The position numbers and the translations under genes were made by a program. Of a stretch of DNA of 64,000 nucleotides, positions 30,506 through 41,638 are shown in pieces. The stretch comes from Eledone cirrhosa (lineage: Eukaryota). Below the pieces are notes generated by a model, which was not told where the DNA came from, searched no databases, and saw nothing but the letters and a program-made list of their open reading frames with translations. Location: NCBI GenBank assembly GCA_964016885.1, contig OZ024750.1, positions 35,650,001 through 35,714,000 of the forward strand. Reading direction: 5' to 3'. The first letter of the stretch is position 1, and each line of letters starts with the position of its first letter.

Positions 30506-30720
30506 TAAAAGTCTGTTCTAAGCTGAATGCTTATCAGGCTGGTGCTTATCTCCAGTTTCCTTGGTGTTAAGTAACTGAGAGTACAAGACTCTCCCTGAAT
30601 AGGATGTCAGTCTATTACAGATTTAACTCCAGCTACTGTTGGTACTCTCAGCAGTGTGTAGTTGAGCAATGGGAAATAAAGTGTTTTGCTCAAGAACACA
30701 ACAGCCTATCTATGAATCAA
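30506..30720 (-). mobile_element. Degenerate SINE, family B (CORE/V-like box)
   Basis: Reverse complement contains ttgtgttcttgagcaaaacactt; body similar to 41815-42110. Confidence 0.6.
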
Positions 30721-31848
30721 ATCAATGACATTATGATCCTATGTCAAGCATACAAAATATTATGACATATGCCTATTATAATGATATTAACAACTCCCCA
30801 GAAAATATGATTAACAAGAAGTTTGAAACAGAAATAAATGATAGAAGATATATGGTAGAAGTTGCTGCAAAACTTCCTGTCAGGAATTTGATCATATTAG
30901 ATTAACTTTGAACAAGTTGTAATAATTTAGTAGAAAATATCTAAAACAAGTTTGTTAATTCAAATGTTATAGTATATTTACTAATGAAGAAATTGGTGCG
31001 TCAATTTTTAATGTGATACTGTTACAGTGCTGTTTTGTTCTTTACAAGAGCGTCTTTATAATGTGGTTTCAGGAGGTACAGGATTTTTTTAGAGGAAGTC
31101 GTTTATTTAAACAAATTGAATTCCTGTATTGTTAGGGTTATACGTAATACATATTTTATTTTTTTATTTTCAGCAGTCTGAAGTAGGTGTTTTAAAAGTA
31201 TTATATTGAATTGTGTTGCAGCTCTAATTTGATTCTTGCATCTTTAATTCTACAGAATCTTCTGATTAATTTTCTTCTCTAGGTTTATATTCTCTTCTTC
31301 TTTAGTTTTATTTTGCTACTGTTTGCTGTTGAATTTAAGAATTGTCTGTGGAAGGGTTTTAACGTTGTCAGTAGGCTGAAAGCAAACACCAAAAGAATAA
31401 TATTGATTTCAAATCTATCATAATCAAACAAAATACAAATGAAAAAAATAATTTAAAAAATAGATAAATAAATAAAAAGAATAATGCTAGCATTGTTAAT
31501 AGAAATGAATGAAATGGTTTTATGTTCTTTATCATTTCATGATTGACAGGTGATATGTTTTCTTCACTGATTAAAGCCATTCATTATACAGCTTTTGTCT
31601 AGTCTTTTTTTTTAAATATATAATTTGCTGTTTTTTTTTTCATTTGTTCTTGCTTCATTGTTGGTCAATCTTGATTGAGTATATTTATGATGTAAAGGAT
31701 TCCAACCATGACCATCTCAATGTTTAGAAATGTTGTTTCAGACATCATGTATTTGATGCTACATTACATACGGAAACAAGACCACTATTGCTTCAATCTG
31801 TTCACAAAACAATGAGACAACACCGTCCATATGATGTGAAGACACTCC

Positions 31849-32335
31849 GCTTAGTGGTTAGAGCATTGGCTTCACAATCATGAGGTTGTGAGTTCGATTC
31901 CCAGACCATCTGGTTGTGTTCTTGAGCAAGACACTTAATTTCACTTTGCACCAGTTCACTCAGCTGTAGAAATGTGTTGTGACATCACTCGTCCCAAGCT
32001 GTATCATCCTTTGCCTTTCCCTTGGACAACATCTTTCATATTTTATATATAGTGTATATATAATGTATATTGTATATATATTGTGTATATAGTGTATATA
32101 TAATGTATATTGTATATATAGTGCATGTATATTGTATATATGTTGTGTATACTGTGTATCTAATGTATATGTAATTCATATATATTTTATGATGTCACTG
32201 GTGCCAAGCTGTATCAGCCTTTGTCTTTCCCTTTGACAACATCAGTGCTGTGGAGAGAAGGAATGGGTGACTGCTGATCTTCCATAAAAATACCTTGCCC
32301 AGTTTTTATGCCTGGAGGGGGAACTTTCCAGGTTG
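31849..32335 (+). mobile_element. tRNA-derived SINE with CORE/V-like domain, interrupted by an AT-rich insert
   Basis: A box TAGTGGTTAG, B box GAGTTCGATTC, then ttgtgttcttgagcaagacactt. Confidence 0.7.
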
Positions 32336-32415
32336 AGTAAAGGGGAGCTTGTTACCCTTTATATAATGCTATTTTAGGTATCATTTTAAAGGTAGTAATG
32401 TGTTTAACCCTTTAG

Positions 32416-33282
32416 CATTTACATTACTCTATATATACTATTATATTTTCATGGTAAAGGCTTTACCTCACATAATATCTCATATAACATTTACATTACT
32501 CTATATATACTATTGTATTTTCATGGTAAAGGCTTTACCTCACATAATATCTCATATAACATTTACATTACTCTATATATACTATTGTATTTTCATGGTA
32601 AAGGCTTTACCTCACATAATATCTCACATAACATTTACATTACTCTATATATACTATTATATTTTCGTGGTAAAGGCTTTACCTTACATAATATCTCACA
32701 TAACATTCACATTACTCTATATATACTATTATATTTTCATGGTAAAGGCTTTACCTCACATAATATCTCACATAACATTCACATTACTCTATATATACTA
32801 TTATATTTTCATGGTAAAGGCTTTACCTTACATAATATCTCACATAACATTCACATTACTCTATATATACTATTATATTTTCATGGTAAAGGCTTTAACT
32901 TACATAATATCTCACATAACATTCACATTACTCTATATATACTATTATATTTTCATGGTAAAGGCTTTAACTTACATAATATCTCACATAACATTCACAT
33001 TACTCTATATATACTATTATATTTTCATGGTAAAGGCTTTACCTCACATAATATCTCACATAACATTCACATTACTCTATATATACTATTATATTTTCAT
33101 GGTAAAGGCTTTACCTTACATAATATCTCACATAACATTTACATTACTCTATATATACTATTATATTTTCATGGTAAAGGCTTTACCTTACATAATATCT
33201 CACATAACATTTACATTACTCTATATATACTATTATATTTTCATGGTAAAGGCTTTACCTCACATAATATCTCACATAACAT
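32416..33282. repeat. 72-bp tandem repeat, 12 copies, internal to MITE copy 4
   Basis: Direct periodicity; 24-aa repeat in spurious ORFs 32400..33359 and 32513..33307. Confidence 0.95.
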
Positions 33283-33294
33283 CTCGTATACGAG

Positions 33295-33311
33295 AGACGT
33301 GTGTTGACGTG
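33295..33311 (+). promoter_or_regulatory. Candidate internal-promoter DPE-like motifs (GACGTG twice) of the LINE
   Basis: AGACGTG and TGACGTG within 30 nt of the 5' junction; similar motifs are known in Drosophila jockey/Doc/I LINE promoters; function inferred. Confidence 0.4.
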
Positions 33312-33492
33312 TGTGAACAAGCTCGGCTACCGAGTCGGATTTACTTACTCAAAAAGTGAGTTTTGATTAATTTTTTATACTGTAATATACGTTAACCCCT
33401 TGCCTTGGTCGTCAAACTTTGAGTTTATTTATTTTCGCCCCTTTTTGGGGCGAATTTTCCAGTTAAAAATTTATTACGGCAAACTAATAGAA

Positions 33493-35234
33493 ATGGACGG
33501 AATTTTCACATCTCATCCTAACGTGAAAGCCACGCCCCCTAAGAAAGGTGATACAGAGAAGCTAGAAGCACAAGGCTCTAAGTCTTCCCTCCTCACTTCT
33601 GCAAAAGAAACATGGAACACGAAATTAAAAGAAAAATTTGTAGAAATGGGTGAAAACCCAGAAAGTCACATAAACGCAGACAAAAACATCAACGACAATA
33701 ACAGCAATAGTCACAACACCAACCAAGGAAAAAATAACGATAACACCAAACAAAGTGAACCCACTACTGGTACCTCCTTTGCACAGGCGGTCCGGAAAAC
33801 ACAAACCTGCAAGCAACTGGACATTACAACTCTGAGAGAAAAGATGAAGGAAGCGAAACAGTATGTAACTTTCAAAGAAGGAGGAGACTTCACAATCACC
33901 TCCCCACAAGAAATCAAAAGAGACACGACGCTAAGAACGATATCTTTCAGAACAATTTCCAACATAACAAGGAAACCAACTCAATTATCCCAAAAAGAGA
34001 TTGAGCTGGTCCTAAAAAATGTGTGGAGTGATATATCGTTCATACAAAAAGGGCCACTCTATGGGAATATAACGGTCCTAATGAAGGATCAATTGACGGC
34101 CAGGAAATACTCTGTGGCACCAATTGTTTCCAAGATATATACATTTTTCCCCACATATTTAGGGAAAAGAACGCAGAAGATAAGGGTCTCCGGAATCCGG
34201 CCAAATGCATGCATTTCCTGGGTACTAACAGGATTTTTAGAAGACGAGGACGGAATCCTCTCAGTAGGAGAAGTCACCACAGACGTTTTCGGCGGTTTGA
34301 GCGTGGAGGTTCTGGTCCAAATGAGACCAGAACGAATCGCTAGAATACCACAGAGGGTGTCCCTCGATGGAGAAACATTTATATATATTTCAGCCGAGGG
34401 TAGGAGGCCCATATGTTACTACTGTTCAAGCAGGGGTCATCTAAGGGCTGCTTGTCCTCAATTGACAAAAAAAAGGCTCTTTTGCCTACACCCCACACAC
34501 CACCACCGCCACCACCACCACCACCACCACCTCCACCACCACCACCACAACAACAACAAAAACAACAGGGAAAAATAACACAAGACACGGCCCCACCCAA
34601 AACAACTCCCAAAACACACACAAATACAACAAAACCTCAAAATACACCACTACCCGACAGCACGGACGAGGACCCAGCGGAAACGGCACCTAGTGACGAA
34701 GAGGGGGAACCCTTCCAACCTGTAAAAAGGAAAAAAAGAAAGCACCACTCGAACATAAACGAAACAAACACACAACCACCAACAAAAACAAAACAAACAG
34801 AACAAACAAAATCCGCCCCACCCCAAAACATAACACATACAACAAAACGTAAGCACACACAAGAACAACAAACAAACACAACACAAATAAAACAGTATAC
34901 ATACATTAACACAAATAACAAAGAACTAGTAAAAACAATACACAAAGACCCTTTGGTGGAAACCGAAGGGCAATTCTTTGCAAGCGCGGCCAACAAACCG
35001 CATTTAAAAATGATAAGACTCCCAATGGACACCTATGCAAAACTAAGAGAGAACTTTCCTGAGGACGTGGGGAAAACATGTACTCGACCCTATAACCGCG
35101 TCCTCTTGAAACGTTTCCCCACCCACACCTCACCAAACACCCCCACTCCACCACAGAACAACACCCCACCAAACAACCCCTCCAATACGCCCATGGATAT
35201 TGTGCAACCTGCTCCTCAGGAGCCGAACAGGTAG
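33493..35234 (+). CDS. Tx1 LINE ORF1 (nucleic-acid-binding, zinc knuckle), -1 frameshift at A8 run 34467-34474
   Basis: ATG 33493; SFAQAV motif; CYYCSSRGHLRAAC = CX2CX4HX4C; -1 frame continues Pro/Thr-rich with FQPVKRKKRK to a stop 21 nt before ORF2. Confidence 0.8.
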
Positions 35235-35255
35235 GTCCTTCCTCTTTTAACCAAC

Positions 35256-38200
35256 ATGGCTGATATAAGAGTTGGGTTTCTGAATGTACGTGGCCTGGGA
35301 CTGTCTTGGAAACAAGGCAAACTTTTAAACGATCTCAGGTCACATAGAATGGATGTAATGGCTATTTGCGAGTCCAGGATCAGCAGCGAGCACCAACTGG
35401 CGCCCCTCTTCGACGACTTTGAGATCTTCGCATCTCTCTGTCAACCGGGGGGTGGGGGTGGAGTTGTCGTTCTGCTGCGAAAACACCTGGGCCTCGCCAT
35501 ACAGAAGGTGCACCTGGACCCGGAGGGTCGACTGGTGGTTTTAGACGTCGGCAGTAGTGAAAGTGGAGCCCTTAGACTAATAGCTGTGTACGCCCCTTTT
35601 TGGGCAGCGCGGCCGGAATACTTCCAACGTCTGGAAACTTTTCTGGGAACGTCCCGCTCCTTGCTTTTAGTGGGGGACTGGAATGGTATCCTGGATGCAC
35701 GTTGGGACTATGTAGGGGCATGTGCCAATAGAGGGGGGTGTAAAAGCCTCAAAAGGTTAATCGGCCGATTTGACCTGGCCGATAGATATCGACTAGATTT
35801 TCCGACTGTACCACTATGGACGTGGACCAATCGCAGTGGAACATCTAGGTCGTACCTAGATAGGGTCCTAGTTAGAGAGAACGATAGGGACACATTTAGC
35901 TGTCCAAAAATGTTCATGGTTGACTATTCGGATCACAAGTTAGTGACCTGCATAGCCAACCTTGATAGAACCCATAGACAGGGACCCGGTTACTGGAAGC
36001 TGAACTTGTCCTTACCGAGAAGCAAAGCTTACAGTAAACGGATTAGCACGTTAGTTAAGCAGAATTTGACAGGGGCAATTGTCAACAACAGGTGGTGGAG
36101 CTCTCTTAAGAGAGCAATTAGAATAGAATCGATAGGTTTTAGTCAGGAATTAGCAAGGGATAGGAACAAGACGGAAAGGGAATTAGTAGATAGAGTAGAA
36201 GAGGCGATTAGGAGTGGCAATGTAGCCGGCGTGCTGGCATCAAGAATGGCCTTAGACCAGTTCTTTGAGGTGAAGCATGAAGGCTGCGTTGTCAGGAGTA
36301 AAATACGTGCTCTGGGTAATGAGGGAGCCAAAGCTGTAAGCTGGGCCCGAGTGACAGAGGCAAAAAGTGGGAACAAGTCCACGATTCGGTCTTTGAAGGA
36401 CCAGGATGGGCGTGTGATCCTTGAACCTGGGCAGATGTGTGCGGCCTTTCAGCGGCACTTTGCACGACTGTTCGAGAGGGGCGGCGCGCCGGGTGAGACT
36501 ATGGATTTCAATCCATACCTCGACGGTCTGCCGCGCCTCTCGGACGCGGAGGCGAAGTCCTGCGAAAGGACGATTTCAGCTGCTGAGATAGGGGCGGCGC
36601 TGAGCCAATGCGGCAAACGCAAATCCCCGGGTCTCGATGGTCTACCATACGAGCTATATGTAGCGATGCCGGACTTGTTCTCCGATATCCTCGAAGCGGT
36701 CTACTGCAACTGGCAGCAGAACGGGAGAATTCCCAGTTCTGTGACCAAGGGCGTAGTTACGCTGGTGAGGAAGGATGAGAACAAGGGGGATGACATAAGT
36801 AACTTCAGGCCCATAACTCTGCTAAATACAGAGTTAAAGATTTTGGCCAAGGTGTTAGCGAAGAGGTTGGCGCTTGTCGTTGGAAACCTGGTGGGAGAAG
36901 CGCAGACATGCGCAATCCCGTCCAGGTCCATTCACGACAATCTCCACCTTATGCGATACATCATAGAGAGGGTAGGGAATGAACCCGGCTTTGGTGGGGC
37001 CCTGATCAACTTGGATCAATCTAAAGCTTTCGATAGGGTTGACCATCGTTACCTGGATGCGGTGCTCGCGGCGGCAGGCTTCGGACCCGTTTTCAGGGGT
37101 TGGATTGCTGCGATGCACAGCAGCAACGTCTGCTCAAGGGTCAAGGTGAACGGCCACCTCTCGGAGCCGTTCCAAATCATGCGATCCATCCGACAGGGAT
37201 GCCCTCTCTCCTCCCTACTGTATGTGCTGGCTCTTGAGCCACTACTGCGGAAGTTGGAGCGGTTGCAGGGCATCCCTTTGGAACCGGGATTGCAGAAAGC
37301 GGCGTCGGCCTACGCCGATGACGTGACAGTAATGGTGTCGAAAACCTCGCAAATCGGTGAGATCGGCACCTTACTGGAGGAATATGAAAGGTTTACAGGA
37401 GCCAAGCTGAACCGGGACAAGTCCGTCGGTTTGCAACTCGGAACATGGAGAGGCAAACCGATGCCCTCCAACGACGTCGTCGGACGCTGGACGGAGGGCC
37501 CGGTGAAGCTGCTTGGGGTCTGGTTCGGACCAGACCTCCAGGTGGAGAAAAACTGGAACGAGGTAACGGCCAGGGTGTTTGCACTCACCCAGAAGTGGGC
37601 CCAGTGCAAACTATCCCTGAAAGGTCGAGCGGAGGTGGCGAATACTTATATAGCATCCGTCATCTACTACCGCTTGACCGTCGTGCCTTGCCCAGTGAAA
37701 AGACTCGCCAAAATGGAGTGCGCGCTGTTCCAATTTCTTTGGAACAAGCGGACCCCTTTGGTGAGGAGATCCATCTGCTGTCAACACCCTTCGAAAGGAG
37801 GGCTGGGGATGCCGTGGCTACAGATGCGTAAACACGCATTAAGGCTACGGCACCTCCAGGTATTCCTCACCGGTCAACCGGTGTGGGCCCCGTTTGTGAG
37901 GCGAGCCTTTCCCAGACTCGTCTCGCTCACCGAGCTGCAATCCTGGGTCAAGCAAAGACCGAGAAAAGTGGGCGACTGGCACATTGAATGTGCCCAGGCG
38001 CTCACGGCCCTCTGGAAAGCGGACCCGGCAATCAGTGGAGACTCCACCTCGACATTCTATAGAGGGTTGGTACGCAGCAGGTGCGACGATGCTCTCGGAG
38101 AAGCTCTAGGCATGGAGGAAGATGAACTGGCCAGTCTGTTCGGTAGGACGTTTGGCCCTGGACCGATGGACAACTTCCAAAAGTCCCTGGCTTGGCAGTG

Positions 38201-38693
38201 CTACCGAGGGGCTCTACCCGTTCGAGACAAGCTCCACAGACATGGGAGCCTGGGTAGAGATCCTTTGAATAAGATCTGTCCGAGATGCGTGCATGATGAC
38301 GAAACCGTTGCGCACGCATTCGTACACTGCCCAGGCATTGCTGACCTGTGGGGCTATGTGGAACGACTACTGTCGAGGGTGGGACCAATCCGGTTGACCA
38401 CCGAGTCCATTGTCACGATCAAACCGCCTCCCCCTTTCAAAAACGAAGGAGAGGCGGTTTTTCTCTGTGTGGTAGCCATGGCTAAAGAAGTTGTATGGTG
38501 GACGAGGCTGAAAGGGCTGAGGTCAGACACCTTTCTCTCCGGCCAACAACTGGTCCCCTTTTTCAAATACCATTTTAAAAGAAGGATCAGAATGGAGAGA
38601 GAGGTGCTCTACCCCAGCAAGTTTTATGAAAGGTGGGTGAAAGTAGGGAGAATGGCCAGAGTGAATGGGTCTTCTCTCTATATCAGCCTGTAG
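35256..38693 (+). CDS. Tx1 LINE ORF2: APE endonuclease + reverse transcriptase + C-terminal zinc finger, 1145 aa, intact
   Basis: APE motifs NVRG, CES, GDWN, YLDR, SDH; GPGYWKLN; KSPGLDGLPYE; FRPITLLN; LDQSKAFDRVDH; RQGCPLS; YADD; CPRC-X8-H-X4-C. Confidence 0.97.
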   Translation: MADIRVGFLNVRGLGLSWKQGKLLNDLRSHRMDVMAICESRISSEHQLAPLFDDFEIFASLCQPGGGGGVVVLLRKHLGLAIQKVHLDPEGRLVVLDVGSSESGALRLIAVYAPFWAARPEYFQRLETFLGTSRSLLLVGDWNGILDARWDYVGACANRGGCKSLKRLIGRFDLADRYRLDFPTVPLWTWTNRSGTSRSYLDRVLVRENDRDTFSCPKMFMVDYSDHKLVTCIANLDRTHRQGPGYWKLNLSLPRSKAYSKRISTLVKQNLTGAIVNNRWWSSLKRAIRIESIGFSQELARDRNKTERELVDRVEEAIRSGNVAGVLASRMALDQFFEVKHEGCVVRSKIRALGNEGAKAVSWARVTEAKSGNKSTIRSLKDQDGRVILEPGQMCAAFQRHFARLFERGGAPGETMDFNPYLDGLPRLSDAEAKSCERTISAAEIGAALSQCGKRKSPGLDGLPYELYVAMPDLFSDILEAVYCNWQQNGRIPSSVTKGVVTLVRKDENKGDDISNFRPITLLNTELKILAKVLAKRLALVVGNLVGEAQTCAIPSRSIHDNLHLMRYIIERVGNEPGFGGALINLDQSKAFDRVDHRYLDAVLAAAGFGPVFRGWIAAMHSSNVCSRVKVNGHLSEPFQIMRSIRQGCPLSSLLYVLALEPLLRKLERLQGIPLEPGLQKAASAYADDVTVMVSKTSQIGEIGTLLEEYERFTGAKLNRDKSVGLQLGTWRGKPMPSNDVVGRWTEGPVKLLGVWFGPDLQVEKNWNEVTARVFALTQKWAQCKLSLKGRAEVANTYIASVIYYRLTVVPCPVKRLAKMECALFQFLWNKRTPLVRRSICCQHPSKGGLGMPWLQMRKHALRLRHLQVFLTGQPVWAPFVRRAFPRLVSLTELQSWVKQRPRKVGDWHIECAQALTALWKADPAISGDSTSTFYRGLVRSRCDDALGEALGMEEDELASLFGRTFGPGPMDNFQKSLAWQCYRGALPVRDKLHRHGSLGRDPLNKICPRCVHDDETVAHAFVHCPGIADLWGYVERLLSRVGPIRLTTESIVTIKPPPPFKNEGEAVFLCVVAMAKEVVWWTRLKGLRSDTFLSGQQLVPFFKYHFKRRIRMEREVLYPSKFYERWVKVGRMARVNGSSLYISL

Positions 38694-39160
38694 GTGAAAG
38701 AAGAGGAAAAAGCGGAGACGAGGGAAGCACCTACTCTTTGTGCTCCTGAGGAGAAGGGTTACACATTTTTTCCGGGGTGTGTGCGACCCATGTTAATGCC
38801 CCCTCCCTATTGAGGACTTCGTTTGTTGTTGTTATTTCATTGTTATATTTTTGTACTCGTTAATTATATGTAAACTTCCCCCCTTGTATCTGTCCCTACC
38901 TTTTGTGCCCTAGTGGCAAATAAAGAAACCACTCTATATATACTATTATAATTGCATGGTAAAGGTTTTACCTCACATAATTATCTCACATAATATTGAA
39001 TCTATGAGATTTTGAAAGTATTTATTTTGAGAACAATACCTTAACATCAGTTTGAGTGACCACTTACAGCCAGTTTCAACAGAAAAAGCTAGAGAATTCT
39101 GGCCAGTTTGAACATTAAAGGGTTAAATGAAGATTTAGTGACTTAAGTAACTGCATAAAG

Positions 39161-39325
39161 CAGTCATGGGTGAACTGCAGCCTGTTGGCTGCATGCAGCT
39201 CGTTCAGCTTTCTGAATGGCATGCTTAATTTCAAAACTACCTTGAATTTTTTAGTAGTGTGGCCCACCATAATGATGAGACACATCTTATGTGGCCCACT
39301 GCTCGAAAAAGGTTGACCATGCCTA
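39161..39325. mobile_element. hAT/Charlie-like MITE
   Basis: Imperfect TIRs CAGTCATGGGTGAAC / GGTTGACCATGCCTA, internal GTGGCCC motifs, 8-bp TSD GCATAAAG/ACATAAAG (7/8). Confidence 0.7.
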
Positions 39326-39654
39326 ACATAAAGGTTTTTGTTGTTGTTTAGCCCCAGACCAGGCTTCATAAAGCAGACCTGTAATCAGATACATTGCAGA
39401 AATGACCCTCCACATACATAAATAATCTCCAACAACATTTTATAATGTTTTCTTTCAGAAGTGAGTGACTGTGTGATTTGATAAAATTTGGCTGCCATTT
39501 TAACAGATCATGTGACCATGTAAACATTCTCTCATTGGCTCATCCCTTACTTGGCTGTTTCTATTGATAACAATACTAATATTAATGCTTTCTGTAAAAT
39601 TATAAGAACAGGTTCTCTGTTCTTTACAAAGATCTTCCATTTTCTTTCTTCTGC

Positions 39655-40591
39655 TCCTTCTTCTTCTTCTTCTTCTTCTTCTTTGCCTTCTTCTTCTTCT
39701 TCTTCTTCTTCTTTGCCTTCTTCTTCTTTGCCTTCTTCTTCTTTGCCTTCTTCTTCTTCTTCTTCTTCTTCTTCTTCTTCTTCTTCTTCTTTGCCTTCTT
39801 CTTCTTCTTCTTCTTCTTCTTCTTCTTCTTCTTCTTCTTCTTCTTCTTCTTTTTCTTCTTCTTCTTCTTCTTCTTCTTCTTTGCCTTCTTCTTCTTTGCC
39901 TTCTTCTTCTTCTTCTTCTTCTTCTTCTTCTTCTTCTTCTTTGCCTTCTTCTTTGCCTTCTTCTTCTTCTTCTTCTTCTTCTTCTTCTTCTTTGCCTTCT
40001 TCTTTGCCTTCTTCTTCTTCTTCTTCTTCTTCTTCTTCTTCTTCTTCTTCTTCTTCTTTGCCTTCTTCTTCTTTGCCTTCTTCTTCTTCTTCTTCTTCTT
40101 CTTCTTTTTCTTCTTCTTCTTCTTCTTCTTCTTCTTTGCCTTCTTCTTCTTTGCCTTCTTCTTCTTCTTCTTCTTCTTCTTCTTCTTCTTCTTCTTTGCC
40201 TTCTTCTTTGCCTTCTTCTTTGCCTTCTTCTTCTTCTTCTTCTTCTTCTTCTTCTTCTTTGCCTTCTTCTTTGCCTTCTTCTTCTTCTTCTTCTTCTTCT
40301 TCTTCTTCTTCTTCTTCTTTTTCTTCTTCTTCTTCTTCTTTGCCTTCTTCTTCTTCTTCTTCTTCTTCTTCTTCTTCTTCTTCTTTGCCTTCTTCTTTGC
40401 CTTCTTCTTCTTTGCCTTCTTCTTTGCCTTCTTCTTCTTCTTCTTCTTTGCCTTCTTCTTCTTTGCCTTCTTCTTCTCCTTCTTCTTCTTCTTCTTCTTC
40501 TTCTTCTTCTTCTTTGCCTTCTTCTTCTTCTTCTTCTTCTTTGCCTTCTTCTTTGCCTTCTTCTTCTTTGCCTTCTTCTTCTTCTTCTTCT
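39655..40591. repeat. (TTC)n tract punctuated by TTTGCC
   Basis: Direct reading, ~0.94 kb. Confidence 0.97.
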
Positions 40592-40724
40592 GTATATAAA
40601 TTTGAGCGACTTCCGTCCATCACACAATGTGTGTGTTTGTGTGAATACATGAGTGTGTAAAAGGACAGAAAGGGATGGTGAAAAAACTATAGCAAACCAG
40701 CAGCTGGTGTTCCATTTGCTACGC

Positions 40725-40930
40725 TGTGTGTAAATGTGTGTTTGTGTGAATGTATGTATGTGTTTGTGTGAATGTATGCATGTGTTTGTGTGAATGTATA
40801 TGTATTTGTGTTAATATATGTCTGTGAGTGTGTATTTTTGTAAGTGTGTCTGTGTTTGTGCATTTATATTTATACACTCATAGATATAAATATATGCATA
40901 TGCACATACACACATGCACACACATGCCAG
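40725..40930. repeat. Degenerate (TG)n/(CA)n low complexity
   Basis: Direct reading. Confidence 0.75.
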
Positions 40931-41444
40931 CATGTTGAAAAAATTCCTAATATATACAACTAAATGAATTGCAACAGAGGCCTTGATAAATTTCTGGGAA
41001 ACAAAAAAAAGACAACAAAAAAAGACGAGAAAAATCTTCTTTAATTTACTATTAAATATGAGTCACTGAATTATGAAAATATCGAGAAATTAACTTTACT
41101 TAATATTCTTTTTCCATTTCTATATTCTGAATATTTCTGGCAGTAATGTCATTTTACACAAATATATCTTATATATGAATCAATTCCATTTCTCGTACGA
41201 TAACAATGAATAGAAATTGAGTAAAATAAAAATAAATTTATAGCTTAGAAATATTTGCTGTTCTAATTGACTGGAAATATTTGCTATCATCTGTGAAAAA
41301 TTTTACTGAAAGATCTGCTCAATAAATGGAAATAACAATGGAGTTTATCAGGCAAAACTACATAATTTTTATCATAATTATAATTCAAGCAGAGAAATGC
41401 ATGAGCTGACTGCCAAAAAATAATAGTGACAATAATAATAATAA

Positions 41445-41638
41445 TTGTTTCTGATTTAGGCACAAGGCCAACAATTTTGGGGGGGAGGGGAAAGTCAATT
41501 AAATTGACTCCAGTGGTACTTTATTTTATCGACCCAGTAAGGAAGAAAGGCTAAGCTAACCTCGGTGGGATTTGAATTCAGAATGTAAAGGGTCGTGACT
41601 CTATGCTACAAAACATTTTGTCCGACACTCTACCGATA
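41445..41638 (-). mobile_element. SINE family A, diverged
   Basis: ggcacaaggcc...ggtactttattttatcgacc...gatttgaattc...ctctaccgat is the reverse of family A. Confidence 0.8.

Larger units (their letters stand above)
33283..38930 (+). mobile_element. Near-full-length Tx1-clade (L1 group) non-LTR retrotransposon, ~5.65 kb
   Basis: 5'UTR, ORF1 with CCHC knuckle, ORF2 APE-RT-CCHC, 3'UTR with AATAAA at 38919-24; both junctions lie in the MITE 72-bp unit. Confidence 0.92.
32408..39122 (+). mobile_element. piggyBac-like TTAA MITE copy 4, composite with a Tx1 LINE inserted in its internal repeat
   Basis: TTAA 32404-07 + CCCTTTAGCATT; AACATTAAAGGG + TTAA 39123-26; 38931-39122 matches the right half of copies 2 and 3. 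Confidence 0.9.

Noticed and set aside
30802-30905. Possible short plus-strand exon (NMINKKFETEINDRRYMVEV...)
   Set aside because: Weak acceptor, no recognisable homology, no partner exons
33625-38566. Antisense and overlapping short ORFs in the Tx1 element
   Set aside because: Shadow ORFs of GC-rich or low-complexity coding sequence with no motifs
39655-40591. (TTC)n as target of the Tx1 element (Koshi-like)
   Set aside because: The element ends ~700 bp away and neither junction touches TTC repeats
39500-40660. Poly-Glu, poly-Arg and poly-Ser ORFs
   Set aside because: Translations of the (TTC)n tract
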